Assembly: GCA_024226255.1 (NCBI GenBank)
Contig: JAAELU010000158.1
Location: 1 to 62,535, forward strand
Reading direction: 5' to 3'
Source: a bacterium
GTDB taxonomy: Bacteria; Actinomycetota; Acidimicrobiia; Spongiisociales; UBA5794
Length of the DNA: 62,535 nucleotides
Shown here: positions 1-9,299 of the stretch, one piece after another
Layout of the letters: each line of letters starts with the position of its first letter
Numbering within the stretch: position 1 is the first letter of the stretch
Translations under genes and position numbers: made by a program
The notes under the pieces: model-generated
The model's database searches: none
What the model was told of the DNA's origin: nothing
Seen by the model: the letters and a program-made list of their open reading frames with translations, nothing else

Positions 1-744
1 GATGGCGCCGAGCTTGATGGCGAAGGCGTCCTCGAACCACGCGCCGAGCACTACGGATATAGACTCGGCCGCGGCGGAGAACAAACCCGCCACGATCATT
101 AGGGCAATGCCTGACCTGGTGAGATTGAGTTTGCCTCGTTCACCGTCACCGGGCTCATCCGGCTGCACAAACCGCTGCGCACCAATAACCGACAACGCCG
201 CCAGGGCGGCAGTGACATAGAACGCGGCTTCCCAGCCCCACCGATCGATAATCAGCCCGACTGCAGGCGCGCCGACCAGGAATCCGCCGGCCCACACGAC
301 CTCGAACAGAGCGAGGTAGCGCGCCCGCATCGCGTACGGCGTGCGATCAGAAAGGTAAGCCTGGCCGGACACGTCGAAGACGGCCTTGGCCAGACCCATC
401 GCGGCAAACCCAAAGAGAGCGCCCACGAAGGCGCTGGTGGCTGCCGTGACGACGGCTCCGGCCACGAACATGATCAGGCCCAGCTGCATGACGCGACGTC
501 GCTGTCGCTTCCGACCGGCAGTAACGACAATCGGGGTCGCCATCGCCGCTGCCGAACGGACCGCCACCAAGGCTCCGGCCTCCTCCAACGGGACGCCGAG
601 GCCGCGCGCTATGACCGGAAGAAACGGCGACGTCATCCGGTGGGCAGTGTTGAGAACCAACCGGGCGCTGGATAGCAGCAGCAGCGCCGGACGCAGGCCG
701 CCCCTCGGGCTACTCAATGAGAGGTGCCCAGGAGGCTGCGGCAC
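1..744 (-). CDS. MFS-type transporter, partial (C-terminal part lies beyond the left window edge)
   Basis: My own translation of the minus strand gives an open frame. It reads (V/L)..SSPRGGLRPALLLLSSARLVLNTAHRMTSPFLPVIARGLGV...GLAKAVFDVSGQAYLSDRTP...WGWEAAFYV, which is hydrophobic and MFS-like. It is absent from the ORF track because there is no stop inside the window. The start is ambiguous: GTG at 744 (1 nt after the fumC stop) or TTG at 717. Confidence 0.55.
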   Translation of the reverse strand, partial: MPQPPGHLSLSSPRGGLRPALLLLSSARLVLNTAHRMTSPFLPVIARGLGVPLEEAGALVAVRSAAAMATPIVVTAGRKRQRRRVMQLGLIMFVAGAVVTAATSAFVGALFGFAAMGLAKAVFDVSGQAYLSDRTPYAMRARYLALFEVVWAGGFLVGAPAVGLIIDRWGWEAAFYVTAALAALSVIGAQRFVQPDEPGDGERGKLNLTRSGIALMIVAGLFSAAAESISVVLGAWFEDAFAIKLGAI

Positions 745-745
745 G

Positions 746-2134
746 TCACTCGATGACGCCGCCCTCGGTCATCCGCTTGATGTCGAGCAATTCGGCGACC
801 TGCTCGGCGGTCAGCCAGCCTTTCTCGATCACGACGTCGCCCACATTGCGACCGCTGTTGAACGCTTCTTTCGCCGCGATGGCGCCCTTGTCGTAGCCGA
901 TATGGGGGTTCAGCGCGGTAACCACGATGATGTTGGCCTCAGCCAGTTCCCGAGAGCGTTCAACGTTGGCTTCGATACCCTCGATGCATCGCTCCCGGAA
1001 AGTGTCGGCGGCGTTCGCCAGCAAACTGATCGACTCGAGAAGATTGTGCACGATGAGTGGCATCATCACATTGAGCTCGAAGTTGCCGTTGGCGCCACCC
1101 CAGGTGATCGCAGTGTCATTCCCGATGACTTGCGAGCACACCTGCATCATCATCTCGGACATGACCGGATTCACCTTGCCCGGCATGATCGACGAACCCG
1201 GCTGCAGCGAAGGCAAGCGGATCTCCGCAATGCCGGTCCGCGGGCCCGACGACAACCAGCGTAGGTCGTTGGCGATCTTGAACAGCGAAGTTGCCACGGT
1301 CTTGAGCGCACCAGACGCACTGACCGTTGCATCCTTGGCGGCCTGGGCCTCGAAGTGATCATCAGCTTCACGCAGCGGGTAGCCGGTGATCGAGGCCATG
1401 TCGGCGATGACCGCAGCGGCAAAACCGTCGGGAGCGTTCAACCCGGACCCAACTGCGGTGCCTCCGAGCGGCAGCTCTTCGAGCTCCGGCAGTACTTTGG
1501 TCAGGCGTTCGACGCCCTTGCGCACCTGCGTGGCATAGCCCCCAAACTCTTGGCCGAGGGTCACCGGAGTGGCATCCATCAAGTGGGTGCGGCCCGACTT
1601 CACAACATCCGCGAATTCAATCGACTTGGCAGCAAGAGAATCGGCAAGGGCCTCGAGTTTCGGCAGTAGGTCCTCGCGGATTGCGGCAACGGCGGCAACG
1701 TGGATAGTCGCCGGGATGACGTCGTTCGACGACTGCCCAAAATTGACGGAGTCGTTGGGGTGCACAATGCGGTCGCCGAGTGAGCCCCCCAGGAGAATCG
1801 TTGCCCGGTTGGCGATGACCTCGTTGGCGTTGGTGTTCGTTGATGTCCCAGAACCCGTTTGGAACACATCGAGGACAAATTGCTCGTCGAGTCCACCTGC
1901 GCTCACCTCGTCGGCGGCGCTCGCGATGGCGGATGCCTGGTCGGCATCAATGTATCCGGCGGGGCCGCTGACACGGGCTGCCGAACCCTTGAGGAGGCCC
2001 AAAGCCCATATGAACCGTCGACTGAATCGAAGATCTGAGATTGGGAAATTGTCGACCGCCCGCTGTGTCGAGGCGCCGTAGTAGGCGTCTGCTGGGACCT
2101 CGACTTCGCCCATCGAGTCACGTTCGATTCGCAT
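746..2134 (-). CDS. fumC: class II fumarate hydratase (fumarase C / aspartase superfamily)
   Basis: 462 aa with the [11 protein letters not shown] signature loop. The QSSNDVIP motif (SSND as in FumC, rather than the STND of aspartase) and [14 protein letters not shown] are present. An AGGAGA-like RBS lies upstream of the ATG. Confidence 0.85.
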   Translation of the reverse strand: MRIERDSMGEVEVPADAYYGASTQRAVDNFPISDLRFSRRFIWALGLLKGSAARVSGPAGYIDADQASAIASAADEVSAGGLDEQFVLDVFQTGSGTSTNTNANEVIANRATILLGGSLGDRIVHPNDSVNFGQSSNDVIPATIHVAAVAAIREDLLPKLEALADSLAAKSIEFADVVKSGRTHLMDATPVTLGQEFGGYATQVRKGVERLTKVLPELEELPLGGTAVGSGLNAPDGFAAAVIADMASITGYPLREADDHFEAQAAKDATVSASGALKTVATSLFKIANDLRWLSSGPRTGIAEIRLPSLQPGSSIMPGKVNPVMSEMMMQVCSQVIGNDTAITWGGANGNFELNVMMPLIVHNLLESISLLANAADTFRERCIEGIEANVERSRELAEANIIVVTALNPHIGYDKGAIAAKEAFNSGRNVGDVVIEKGWLTAEQVAELLDIKRMTEGGVIE

Positions 2135-2185
2135 ACATCTCTCCTGGATCTGGTGCCAAGAAGGTTAGACCCGACCTAGGTGGCC

Positions 2186-2602
2186 TCAGCCCTCGAACCA
2201 CGCCACGGCGACAAGTGCCGCCGCTACGAGCGTCACCAGGATCACGACCCAAGGAATAGCCTTGAGACCCGACCACAGGTCGCGCTTATCGACGGCTTCG
2301 CCAAATGGCGCCCGCCCATAGGTGAGCTGACGCAGGGCCCGGTCACGAGCCGATAGTGTCTGCCTGCGCGCCACGCGGCGCGAACTCTCGTCATCGCCGT
2401 ACATCGTGTGCACACGATTCTGCAGTGGGCTCATCAGGATGAACATCGCCACCAGCAGGGCCAGGCCGACCGCGCCGGCGGTCAAACCTCGGCTGAACGC
2501 CAGAGCGCCGAGACCGAGCAGCCACACACTCCAGAGCCGGCCAACTTCGCCCATGTACTTCTTGGCATCGACCGCGTCGTCGAACCAGCTCTCGATGGTC
2601 AC
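2186..2602 (-). CDS. hypothetical membrane protein
   Basis: 138-aa ORF with about 3 hydrophobic helices. Its start overlaps the sufC stop by 4 nt (ATGA coupling). I recognise no family. Confidence 0.5.
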   Translation of the reverse strand: MTIESWFDDAVDAKKYMGEVGRLWSVWLLGLGALAFSRGLTAGAVGLALLVAMFILMSPLQNRVHTMYGDDESSRRVARRQTLSARDRALRQLTYGRAPFGEAVDKRDLWSGLKAIPWVVILVTLVAAALVAVAWFEG

Positions 2603-3360
2603 GGCAGGTCGAGCAGCGGGTCTCTGTCGGGGACCAGTCCGAGTTCGGCGCGGAGCGCTTCGTACCCCGTCGCTTCGAGCTCTTGGGCGATCTCACTACC
2701 ACCGCTGCGCACAATGCGCCCATCGACCATAACGTGGATCCTGTCCGGCTTCATGTAGTTGAGGATGCGTGAGTAGTGCGTGATGACGAGCACACCCAGG
2801 GAATCCGACCGGGACGCTTCGACGAGTCCCGCGACCTCACGGACGGCATCGACATCGAGCCCGGAGTCGATCTCATCGAGGATGGCAACCTTTGGATCGG
2901 CCAAAGCCAGCTGGAACATTTCGGACCGCTTCTTCTCTCCCCCGGACAGACCCTGGTTGATGGGTCGATCGAGGAATCGCTCCATACCGAGTTCGGCTAC
3001 CGCGTGCTCGGTCTTGGCCGCAAAGGAACCGTTGTTGGCGGCCTCGGCGAGTTCTCCGACTAGGTCATCGAGCGACACGCCGGGAATCTCCACCGGATAC
3101 TGGAATGCCTCGAAGAGGCCGAGTCGCGCTCGCTCATCGACCGGCAAACCCAAGATCTCGGTGCCATCGAGAAGTACCGATCCAGAAGACGTGTAGTCGT
3201 CCTTGCCCATCAAAACGTGGCTCAGGGTTGACTTACCCGAGCCGTTGGGACCCATCAGAGCATGTACTTCGCCAAACGGGATCTCGAGCTCGACACCCTT
3301 GAGGATCTCGAGCTCACCAATGCTGGCGCGGAGGTCTTTGACTTCGAGAGAGTTACTCAT
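2599..3360 (-). CDS. sufC: Fe-S cluster assembly ATPase SufC
   Basis: 253 aa. Walker A is GPNGSGKST, the ABC signature is LSGGEKKR and Walker B is ILDEIDSGLD. The N-terminus LEVKDL...ILKGV is typical of SufC, and the gene sits next to sufD. Confidence 0.95.
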   Translation of the reverse strand: MSNSLEVKDLRASIGELEILKGVELEIPFGEVHALMGPNGSGKSTLSHVLMGKDDYTSSGSVLLDGTEILGLPVDERARLGLFEAFQYPVEIPGVSLDDLVGELAEAANNGSFAAKTEHAVAELGMERFLDRPINQGLSGGEKKRSEMFQLALADPKVAILDEIDSGLDVDAVREVAGLVEASRSDSLGVLVITHYSRILNYMKPDRIHVMVDGRIVRSGGSEIAQELEATGYEALRAELGLVPDRDPLLDLP

Positions 3361-3689
3361 TCTGCTGCTTCCCCGTCGTCTGCAATCAGCAGAAACGCTT
3401 CATCTTGTTCGATCACAACTTCGTAGACAGGCACGGACCTGGTGGCGGGAAAGGACCCAGGCTGGCCGGTCTCGAGGTCAAACTCTGAACCGTGGCGGGG
3501 GCACTCGACCGCCAAGTCGAATAGCTCGCCATCGGCTAGAGAAGCCTCGGCGTGGCTGCAGCGATCACCGATCGCGTAGATGGAGTCGCCAACACGAAAC
3601 ACCGCGACTCGGTGGTCGCCATGCTCGACACGTACGCCGCTCCCCGCGGGAAGTTCGGTGACCTTGCCGAGCGAGATGCGGTTGGTCAT
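3357..3689 (-). CDS. Rieske (2Fe-2S) ferredoxin-domain protein of the suf operon
   Basis: 110 aa with CSHAEASL...CPRHGSEFD (CxH...CxxH Rieske ligands). It lies between sufD and sufC, as in many actinobacterial suf operons, with 4-nt overlaps on both sides. Confidence 0.85.
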   Translation of the reverse strand: MTNRISLGKVTELPAGSGVRVEHGDHRVAVFRVGDSIYAIGDRCSHAEASLADGELFDLAVECPRHGSEFDLETGQPGSFPATRSVPVYEVVIEQDEAFLLIADDGEAAE

Positions 3690-4924
3690 ACGCGCCCCGC
3701 CTGTTGGGCCTCGATGTATTTCTCGTTGAACCGGTCACGCAGACGGTCCACCATTTCGGGGATGGGGAAGCGAGCGAGGGCCTCCTCGAAGAACCCGCGC
3801 ACCTGGAGCCGGTCGGCGCGGGACTGGTCAAGACCGCGGCTCATCAAGTAGTAGCGCTGCTCGGCATCGAGCTGGCCCACCGTTGAACCGTGCCCGCACT
3901 TCACATCGTTGGCGAGGATCTCGAGATTCGGCACCGACTGGGCGGAAGCCCCCTCGCTGAGGATCAGATTGCGGTTCGTTTGAAAAGCATTCGTACGCTG
4001 CGCGACCTCGTCGATGCGGATCATGCCGGTGAAGATTGACCCGGCCTCGTCCTCGACTGCGCCCTTGAGAAACATGTCCGAGTTCGTGTTCGGAGCGCCG
4101 TGGTGCATGACGTATCGATAGTCGAGCGTCTGCTCCAGGTCACCGAAGTAGGCGCCAATCACCTGGGCATTCGAGCCTTGACCGACAAGATGAATGGCGA
4201 GCTGCCACCTCGCCAGCGATCCGCCCAATCCGGCCTCCGCTACGCGCAGCTCGCTGTCACGGCCGACCTCAAAAACGATCTGGCCGATCGCCTTGGTGAG
4301 TCGGCCCCACTGCTGATCCACAACGACCGAGAGGTTGGCGTTGGCACCGAGTCGGCCCTCGACGTGGGGAACAACGAGAGCATCAAGATCATCAGCTGAG
4401 CGCAGCCGGATAGCCACCGTCACTTCAGCGCCATCGGCAACATCGATACGGATGCCTGGGAAGCTGGCTGCGGTCGAGCCGGCGACGACATCGATCACCA
4501 CCGGCTCGCCGACGGCTTTGCCGGCAGCGACGGCAACGTCCACCCACTCGGCGCCGTAGGCGGCGTGAGCAGCCGTGAAGATGTCTTGATCCGACCGGAC
4601 CATCGATTCGCTTCCGCCAGCTGTGCGCACGCACGTGACGCCCTCCACCGACGATGTCGCAGACAGCACGGCGCCGTCGGCGACAGTCGCCGATCCGGCA
4701 GTTGCGAAGCCGGTGGGGAGCGGATCGCCAGGAGCCGAAGCAGGCACGGCTGCGAGGCTATAGTCGTCCATGCTGAAATCCAGATCGACGTAGCGCCAGA
4801 GCTCTTCGCGTCCTGTTGGCATCGTCTGATTGGCCAGCTTGACGCCAGCCGCTTCGCGCTGAGCCAGCGCTTCATCGGATTCGTCAGCGGCGCGCAAAAA
4901 ACCGCTTGTGTTTTGTAGTGGCAA
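3686..4924 (-). CDS. sufD: Fe-S cluster assembly protein SufD
   Basis: 412 aa. The C-terminal SufBD beta-helix region is NRNLILSEGASAQSVPNLEILANDVKCGHGSTVGQLD..YYLMSRGL. TTG start with an AAGGAGA RBS 7 nt upstream. Confidence 0.9.
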   Translation of the reverse strand: MPLQNTSGFLRAADESDEALAQREAAGVKLANQTMPTGREELWRYVDLDFSMDDYSLAAVPASAPGDPLPTGFATAGSATVADGAVLSATSSVEGVTCVRTAGGSESMVRSDQDIFTAAHAAYGAEWVDVAVAAGKAVGEPVVIDVVAGSTAASFPGIRIDVADGAEVTVAIRLRSADDLDALVVPHVEGRLGANANLSVVVDQQWGRLTKAIGQIVFEVGRDSELRVAEAGLGGSLARWQLAIHLVGQGSNAQVIGAYFGDLEQTLDYRYVMHHGAPNTNSDMFLKGAVEDEAGSIFTGMIRIDEVAQRTNAFQTNRNLILSEGASAQSVPNLEILANDVKCGHGSTVGQLDAEQRYYLMSRGLDQSRADRLQVRGFFEEALARFPIPEMVDRLRDRFNEKYIEAQQAGRV

Positions 4925-4986
4925 GGCCGATCTCCTTTAAGCGGAGCAAGACTACTTAGTGCTGGAGCCAATGCCCAAAGTTGCAC

Positions 4987-5016
4987 TTGACATCACCAGT
5001 GCGTCGGTTCAGTATT
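4987..5016 (+). promoter_or_regulatory. candidate sigma-70-type promoter for the M23 peptidase gene
   Basis: TTGACA (4987-4992), an 18-nt spacer, then AGTATT (5011-5016), about 55 nt upstream of the ATG at 5073. Sequence match only. Confidence 0.25.
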
Positions 5017-5072
5017 ACCCCTCGGTAGGGGGCACCGGTCGCACATACGGTGCTGTTGGCGGAGTTCAATAA

Positions 5073-5666
5073 ATGCTGAAAAAGTTCATTCCGGTGGCGG
5101 TCGCCGTCGCCGTCTTCTTGTCAACACTGGTGGCGTCAGCCGCGCCCGCAAGTGCTGACGAAGGCTTCGAATTCATGTACTTCCCGCACGAAGGCCTCGA
5201 CAGTGAATTCTCCAATGACTGGGGCAACGCACGTGACGGAGGCGACCGCACCCACAAGGGAACCGACATCTTCGCTCCCAAACTGACCGAGGTCGTTGCG
5301 GTCGCGGATGGTTTTGTGACCAAGGTCGGCAGCTCCAAGCGGCCGGGATATCAGGTCAGGATCCGTCATGCCAACGGTTGGGAGTCCTGGTACTTCCACC
5401 TGAACAACGACACGCCAGGCACAGACGACAACCGCGGTGGCCCCGAGTTTGCGTTCGCTCCGGGAATTGAGGAAGGCATGTTCCTCACGGCGGGAACGGT
5501 CATTGCCTACGTGGGCGACTCCGGCAACGCCGAGCCAACCGCATCCCATACGCACTTTGAGCTCCACAGCAATGGCCGTGCTCTGAACCCATACCCATAC
5601 CTGCGGGCAGCATGGATTCGACAGCAGCGGGTCAGCGAACTGTTCGCTTCGCACGACATGGTGTGA
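5073..5666 (+). CDS. secreted M23 family (LytM-type) metallopeptidase
   Basis: 197 aa with a signal peptide (MLKKFIPVAVAVAVFLSTLVASAAPASA). The HKGTDIFAP (HxxxD) and SHTHFELH (HxH) zinc motifs are present. Confidence 0.85.
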   Translation: MLKKFIPVAVAVAVFLSTLVASAAPASADEGFEFMYFPHEGLDSEFSNDWGNARDGGDRTHKGTDIFAPKLTEVVAVADGFVTKVGSSKRPGYQVRIRHANGWESWYFHLNNDTPGTDDNRGGPEFAFAPGIEEGMFLTAGTVIAYVGDSGNAEPTASHTHFELHSNGRALNPYPYLRAAWIRQQRVSELFASHDMV

Positions 5667-5668
5667 GC

Positions 5669-5817
5669 CAGAAGCAGAAGTCAGAGAGTTATGGGTTAAC
5701 AGTTACCAGTTGCCAGTAGGAATCTGTCGCTGGCACCAGATAACAGATAGCTGGTAACTGGCAACTGGTAACTGGTAACTGACTCTTTCTCACATCTCAC
5801 ATCTCACATCTGACTTC
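5669..5817. repeat. composite palindromic heptamer-repeat element between convergent genes
   Basis: CAGAAG/CAGAAGT/CAGAGAG units at 5669-5689. A perfect 17-bp inverted repeat pairs AGTTACCAGTTGCCAGT (5701-5717) with ACTGGCAACTGGTAACT (5757-5773). Four tandem GGYAACT heptamers lie at 5753-5780. Four tandem TCACATC/TGACTTC heptamers lie at 5790-5817, the reverse complement of the CAGATGT family. Confidence 0.75.
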
Positions 5818-6480
5818 GGCCAGAGCGACTGCGCGGGCCATCACTGCGTCGAGCATCTCCTCGGTCAAGCGACCCGTGAATGTGTTCTGTTGGCTGGGGT
5901 GGTAGCTGCATACCATGGTCACCGAGCCGAGATCGACCTCTATGCCGTGCCCAAACTTGGGATGAGGCTTCGGTACCGTATGCCCCAAGCCCGGTAGGTG
6001 GCGCCACAGCGCTTGATATCCGAATCCTCCGAGGCAGATGTAGACGGCGGTTCGCTTCAGGGCCTCCAACTCGGCAGTCAGCCAGCGCGAGCAATTGTCC
6101 CGTTCGACCGGCAAGGGCTTGTTGTCGGGCGGAGCACAGCGGACTGCCGAGGTGACCCACGTGTTGATCAGCTCGAGACCGTCGTCGGCTGCAATGCTCT
6201 CCGGCTGGGTAGCCAGACCTGCACGGTGGAGCGCCCGATACAGCCAGTCGCCGCTGCGATCACCCGTAAACATCCGCCCGGTGCGATTCGCCCCGTGGGC
6301 TGCCGGCGCCAGGCCGACGATCACAATTCGGGCATTGGGATCGCCAAATCCAGGAACGGGCCTCCCCCAATACTCCTGGTCGCGAAAGGACGCTCGTTTG
6401 GTTTCCGCCACCGATTGGCGCCATTCCACCAACCGGGGGCAGTCCCGGCACTCGATGAGCTCGGCACGAAGCCGAGCCAT
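5797..6480 (-). CDS. uracil-DNA glycosylase, family 4/5 (UdgB-like, Fe-S type)
   Basis: Motifs CRDCPRL, GLAPAAHGANRTGRMFTGD and HPSQQN. The ORF runs to 6630, but ATG 6480 avoids overlap with the upstream gene, which stops at 6492. ATG 6546 is an alternative start. The last 7 codons and the stop are encoded by the heptamer repeats. Confidence 0.75.
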   Translation of the reverse strand: MARLRAELIECRDCPRLVEWRQSVAETKRASFRDQEYWGRPVPGFGDPNARIVIVGLAPAAHGANRTGRMFTGDRSGDWLYRALHRAGLATQPESIAADDGLELINTWVTSAVRCAPPDNKPLPVERDNCSRWLTAELEALKRTAVYICLGGFGYQALWRHLPGLGHTVPKPHPKFGHGIEVDLGSVTMVCSYHPSQQNTFTGRLTEEMLDAVMARAVALAEVRCEM

Positions 6481-6491
6481 CTCAGCTGAAC

Positions 6492-8018
6492 TCACGGATC
6501 TACCGGTGGCAGGTGAGTCTTGTTGAAGCTGGTGTTGGCGCTCCATAACATCCACCCCATGTCGCGTTCCTCGGCGACGCCCTGGAGTGCAAGTATTTCG
6601 TCTGCCTCGATGAAGGCACGCTGCAACCATGGGCGGTAGATGCTGAAACCTTCCAGCTTGGGAATTCCCGCGTCGAGCGCCAGCGTCACCAGCTCGACGG
6701 CATGCTCGTTGGGGTCTTCCCAGCCCTTCCAGCCGGGCCCGTATGTGTAGCTGTAGATCATCGGGCTCAACACATCGATGTACTTGGAGAACTCGCGAGG
6801 CGACTGCCCGATGCCCTCATCCGAGCTGCTCTCGAGGGTGATTGCGAAGATGTCGGCGGCGACAGCGCACCCCATAGGATTGAGCCGGGAATGGGCCTCT
6901 TCGAGGAATGACGCGATCGTGTTGACGCGGAACTCCTGCGATTCCTCGCCGTAGTAATCCTCTGTCTCGAGCTTGTCGAACTCGAGTTGCGAGATGGGGC
7001 CGTCGGAGGGAAACCGGATGTAGTCGAACTGGATCTCATCGAACCCGCGCCGACATGCCTCTTCTGCCAGATCCAGCGGGTACCTCCATGAGCCCTTATC
7101 CGTGGGGTCGAGCCAGCGAATCCCGTTGTAGTTCTTCCACGGCTCTCCGGTCTCCTTGTCGCGAGCCGCAATCTCGGGTTGCGCTTTGGCGAGGAAGTTG
7201 TCCTGGAATGTCACAATCCTTGTGATCTTGTACAGACCGTGGTCGTCCATGTCCTGGATGATCCTCTCGAGATCGTAGAAGCTCTGCACCGCTCCGATCT
7301 CGTGCGCCAGTGCGACCTCGGTGTCGTGGAAGATCGTTCCACCCTCTGCTTTCGTATCGACCACGAACGCGTTGACACCGGTCTGGTCCGCCAACTCCAA
7401 GAGCGATTCCCAAATATCTCGATCGCCCGCTTTGTCTCCTCCGACCCGCAGCGCTCGAATCATTCGGGGCTGCATCGTTACGGAGATATCGGTCAGGGCG
7501 CCGTTCCACGCAACGGTCGCCGGCTCCCATGCCGGTCGAGCCAGTTCTAGATCCCCGGGCACCGCTCTGCTCAGTTCGAACGCTCCAGCATCATCCGACC
7601 TGACCTGGGTCCGCCCCAATGTGACCTCAGCCCCCGGAAGCGCCCGGCCATCTGGCGCGACAACCCTTCCAGTAAGGATCACCGGGTCGAGGGCGAGCAC
7701 GACCTCCCTGGTGTCGGGCAGTTCCGTCAGCTCGGTCGAGTTGCTCACGAACCCGGGAGCCGTTGCCGAGATCGTCACCGGGCCGTCCGGATCCCGCCAG
7801 TCGACCACGAAGCGCCCGGTCTCGTCGGTCGCCACCTCGTCGCCGAACAAGTCGAGAGTGGCCGGCAGAGCGGTCGAGTCGTCGGCGGCGAGCACCGAGA
7901 TCGTGAGAGTCGGAACCGCCGGCTCCAGGGGACGAACAGATTCGGCACCTGTCAGCCCCATGGGCCCGGCGCATGCGCTCAGGCCGATGACGAGTACGGC
8001 ACCCCGGGCAGCGCGCAT
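6492..8018 (-). CDS. lipoprotein with a DUF4015-like putative glycoside hydrolase TIM-barrel domain
   Basis: The ATG at 8018 gives MRAARGAVLVIGLSACAGP (signal peptide plus lipobox). The N-terminal part resembles a carboxypeptidase-regulatory-like fold. The C-terminal part (VNAFVVDTK..GT..., LYKITRIVTFQD, WLDP, FDEIQFDYIRFP) resembles the COG1306/DUF4015 family as I remember it. Confidence 0.6.
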   Translation of the reverse strand: MRAARGAVLVIGLSACAGPMGLTGAESVRPLEPAVPTLTISVLAADDSTALPATLDLFGDEVATDETGRFVVDWRDPDGPVTISATAPGFVSNSTELTELPDTREVVLALDPVILTGRVVAPDGRALPGAEVTLGRTQVRSDDAGAFELSRAVPGDLELARPAWEPATVAWNGALTDISVTMQPRMIRALRVGGDKAGDRDIWESLLELADQTGVNAFVVDTKAEGGTIFHDTEVALAHEIGAVQSFYDLERIIQDMDDHGLYKITRIVTFQDNFLAKAQPEIAARDKETGEPWKNYNGIRWLDPTDKGSWRYPLDLAEEACRRGFDEIQFDYIRFPSDGPISQLEFDKLETEDYYGEESQEFRVNTIASFLEEAHSRLNPMGCAVAADIFAITLESSSDEGIGQSPREFSKYIDVLSPMIYSYTYGPGWKGWEDPNEHAVELVTLALDAGIPKLEGFSIYRPWLQRAFIEADEILALQGVAEERDMGWMLWSANTSFNKTHLPPVDP

Positions 8019-8195
8019 GATGACACCACCAAAAGACAGGCGCTTGTTCAAACTAGATGTGGCGGTGTGGTCTTGCACTGTCAACCTTGCCAGCGGAAGG
8101 GACCCTCGTACTGATTCAAGAGCGTAGTTGCCGCGGCGCACAACCTCAGGGCTTCGGACCCGCAACCACCACGTTGGCGGCCCCGGCAAAGCCTC

Positions 8196-8224
8196 TTGCT
8201 AGTCAGTTGGGGCCATGATAATTT
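8196..8224 (+). promoter_or_regulatory. candidate sigma-70-type promoter of the sigma factor gene
   Basis: TTGCTA (8196-8201), a 17-nt spacer, then TAATTT (8219-8224), about 57 nt upstream of the ATG at 8281. This is an AT-rich hexamer in a GC-rich context. Confidence 0.35.
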
Positions 8225-8280
8225 CGAAGTAGCAACCCCACTTGACGGAGGGGGTCGTTGATTCGACCAAGGGGAGCCAG

Positions 8281-9228
8281 ATGTCACGGAGTGTGGCGAG
8301 GCGGCGGATATCGCGACCTACCTCGACAGATACCGTTGGGATATATCTCGACGAGGTATCGAGTCACGTCCTCCTCAACGCAAACGACGAAGTCCGTTTG
8401 GCGCGTGTCATTGAAGCAGGCACAACAGCTGCGGCGGTCCTGACGACCAAGTCCAACCTGACAGCGGGCGAGGCCACGCGGCTGACCGCCGATGTAGAAG
8501 CCGGAACCGAAGCCAAGGCAACCTTCATCCGAGCCAATCTGCGGCTCGTCATCTCGATTGCCAAGCGCTACACAGGTCGCGGTCTCGACCTCATCGACCT
8601 GATCCAAGAAGGCAACGTAGGACTCATCCGAGCGGTCGAAAAGTTTGACTGGCGCAAGGGGTTCAAGTTCTCGACGTACGCCACGTGGTGGATTCGTCAG
8701 GCGATCACCCGTGGGTTGGGTAACAACGCCCGCACCATTCGATTGCCAGTTCACATGATCGACATTGTGCGCACGGTCCACGACACACGGTCGAGCCTCC
8801 AAGAGATCTATCAGAAGCAGCCGACAGTGGCGGAAATCTCAATTGCAAGCGGACTCGACGAGGAGAAGGTCGCGGCGGCACTGGCCGCCCCCGAGGATTG
8901 TGTGTCGCTCGATCAAACCGTCGGCGAAAGCACTGAAACCGCGCTCGGTGATTTGGTTGAGGATGATCAGGCGGAGAGCCCGGAATTGATTGCATTGATC
9001 CATTCGCGTGACGACGAACTCGCCGTGGCCCTCAGCCATCTCGAGCCGACTGAGCGCGCCGTGGTGGTCCTCCGGTTTGGTCTGCACGGCGGCGATCCCG
9101 TGACGCTGGCGGGCATCGGTCGCCAACTCGGGATCACCCGAGAGCGGGTCAGACAGATCGAGGGCAAAGCGCTAGGCAAACTCCGCCACCCCAGCATGCA
9201 TTTCAGCCTCGAGGACCTCCTGAACTAG
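8281..9228 (+). CDS. RNA polymerase sigma factor, sigma-70 family (group 1/2-like, no long region 1.1)
   Basis: Region 2 is [67 protein letters not shown] and region 4 ([16 protein letters not shown]) are also present. ATG 8281 has an AAGGGGA RBS. The ORF track start at 8242 is a TTG. Confidence 0.9.
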   Translation: MSRSVARRRISRPTSTDTVGIYLDEVSSHVLLNANDEVRLARVIEAGTTAAAVLTTKSNLTAGEATRLTADVEAGTEAKATFIRANLRLVISIAKRYTGRGLDLIDLIQEGNVGLIRAVEKFDWRKGFKFSTYATWWIRQAITRGLGNNARTIRLPVHMIDIVRTVHDTRSSLQEIYQKQPTVAEISIASGLDEEKVAAALAAPEDCVSLDQTVGESTETALGDLVEDDQAESPELIALIHSRDDELAVALSHLEPTERAVVVLRFGLHGGDPVTLAGIGRQLGITRERVRQIEGKALGKLRHPSMHFSLEDLLN

Positions 9229-9299
9229 GAAGCCGTGCGCTCAATCGCTGCTCCACCGCCGAGAGTCCAGCCCGTGCCCAGGGCTATCCTCTGCGCCAC

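Noticed and set aside
5797-6630. Full-length 277-aa version of the UDG ORF overlapping the upstream gene by 139 nt.
   Set aside because: The extension (MVAACLHRGRRNTCTPGRRRGTRHG..) is Arg-rich and non-conserved-looking. The Fe-S cysteine motif and the catalytic core begin after the ATG at 6480.
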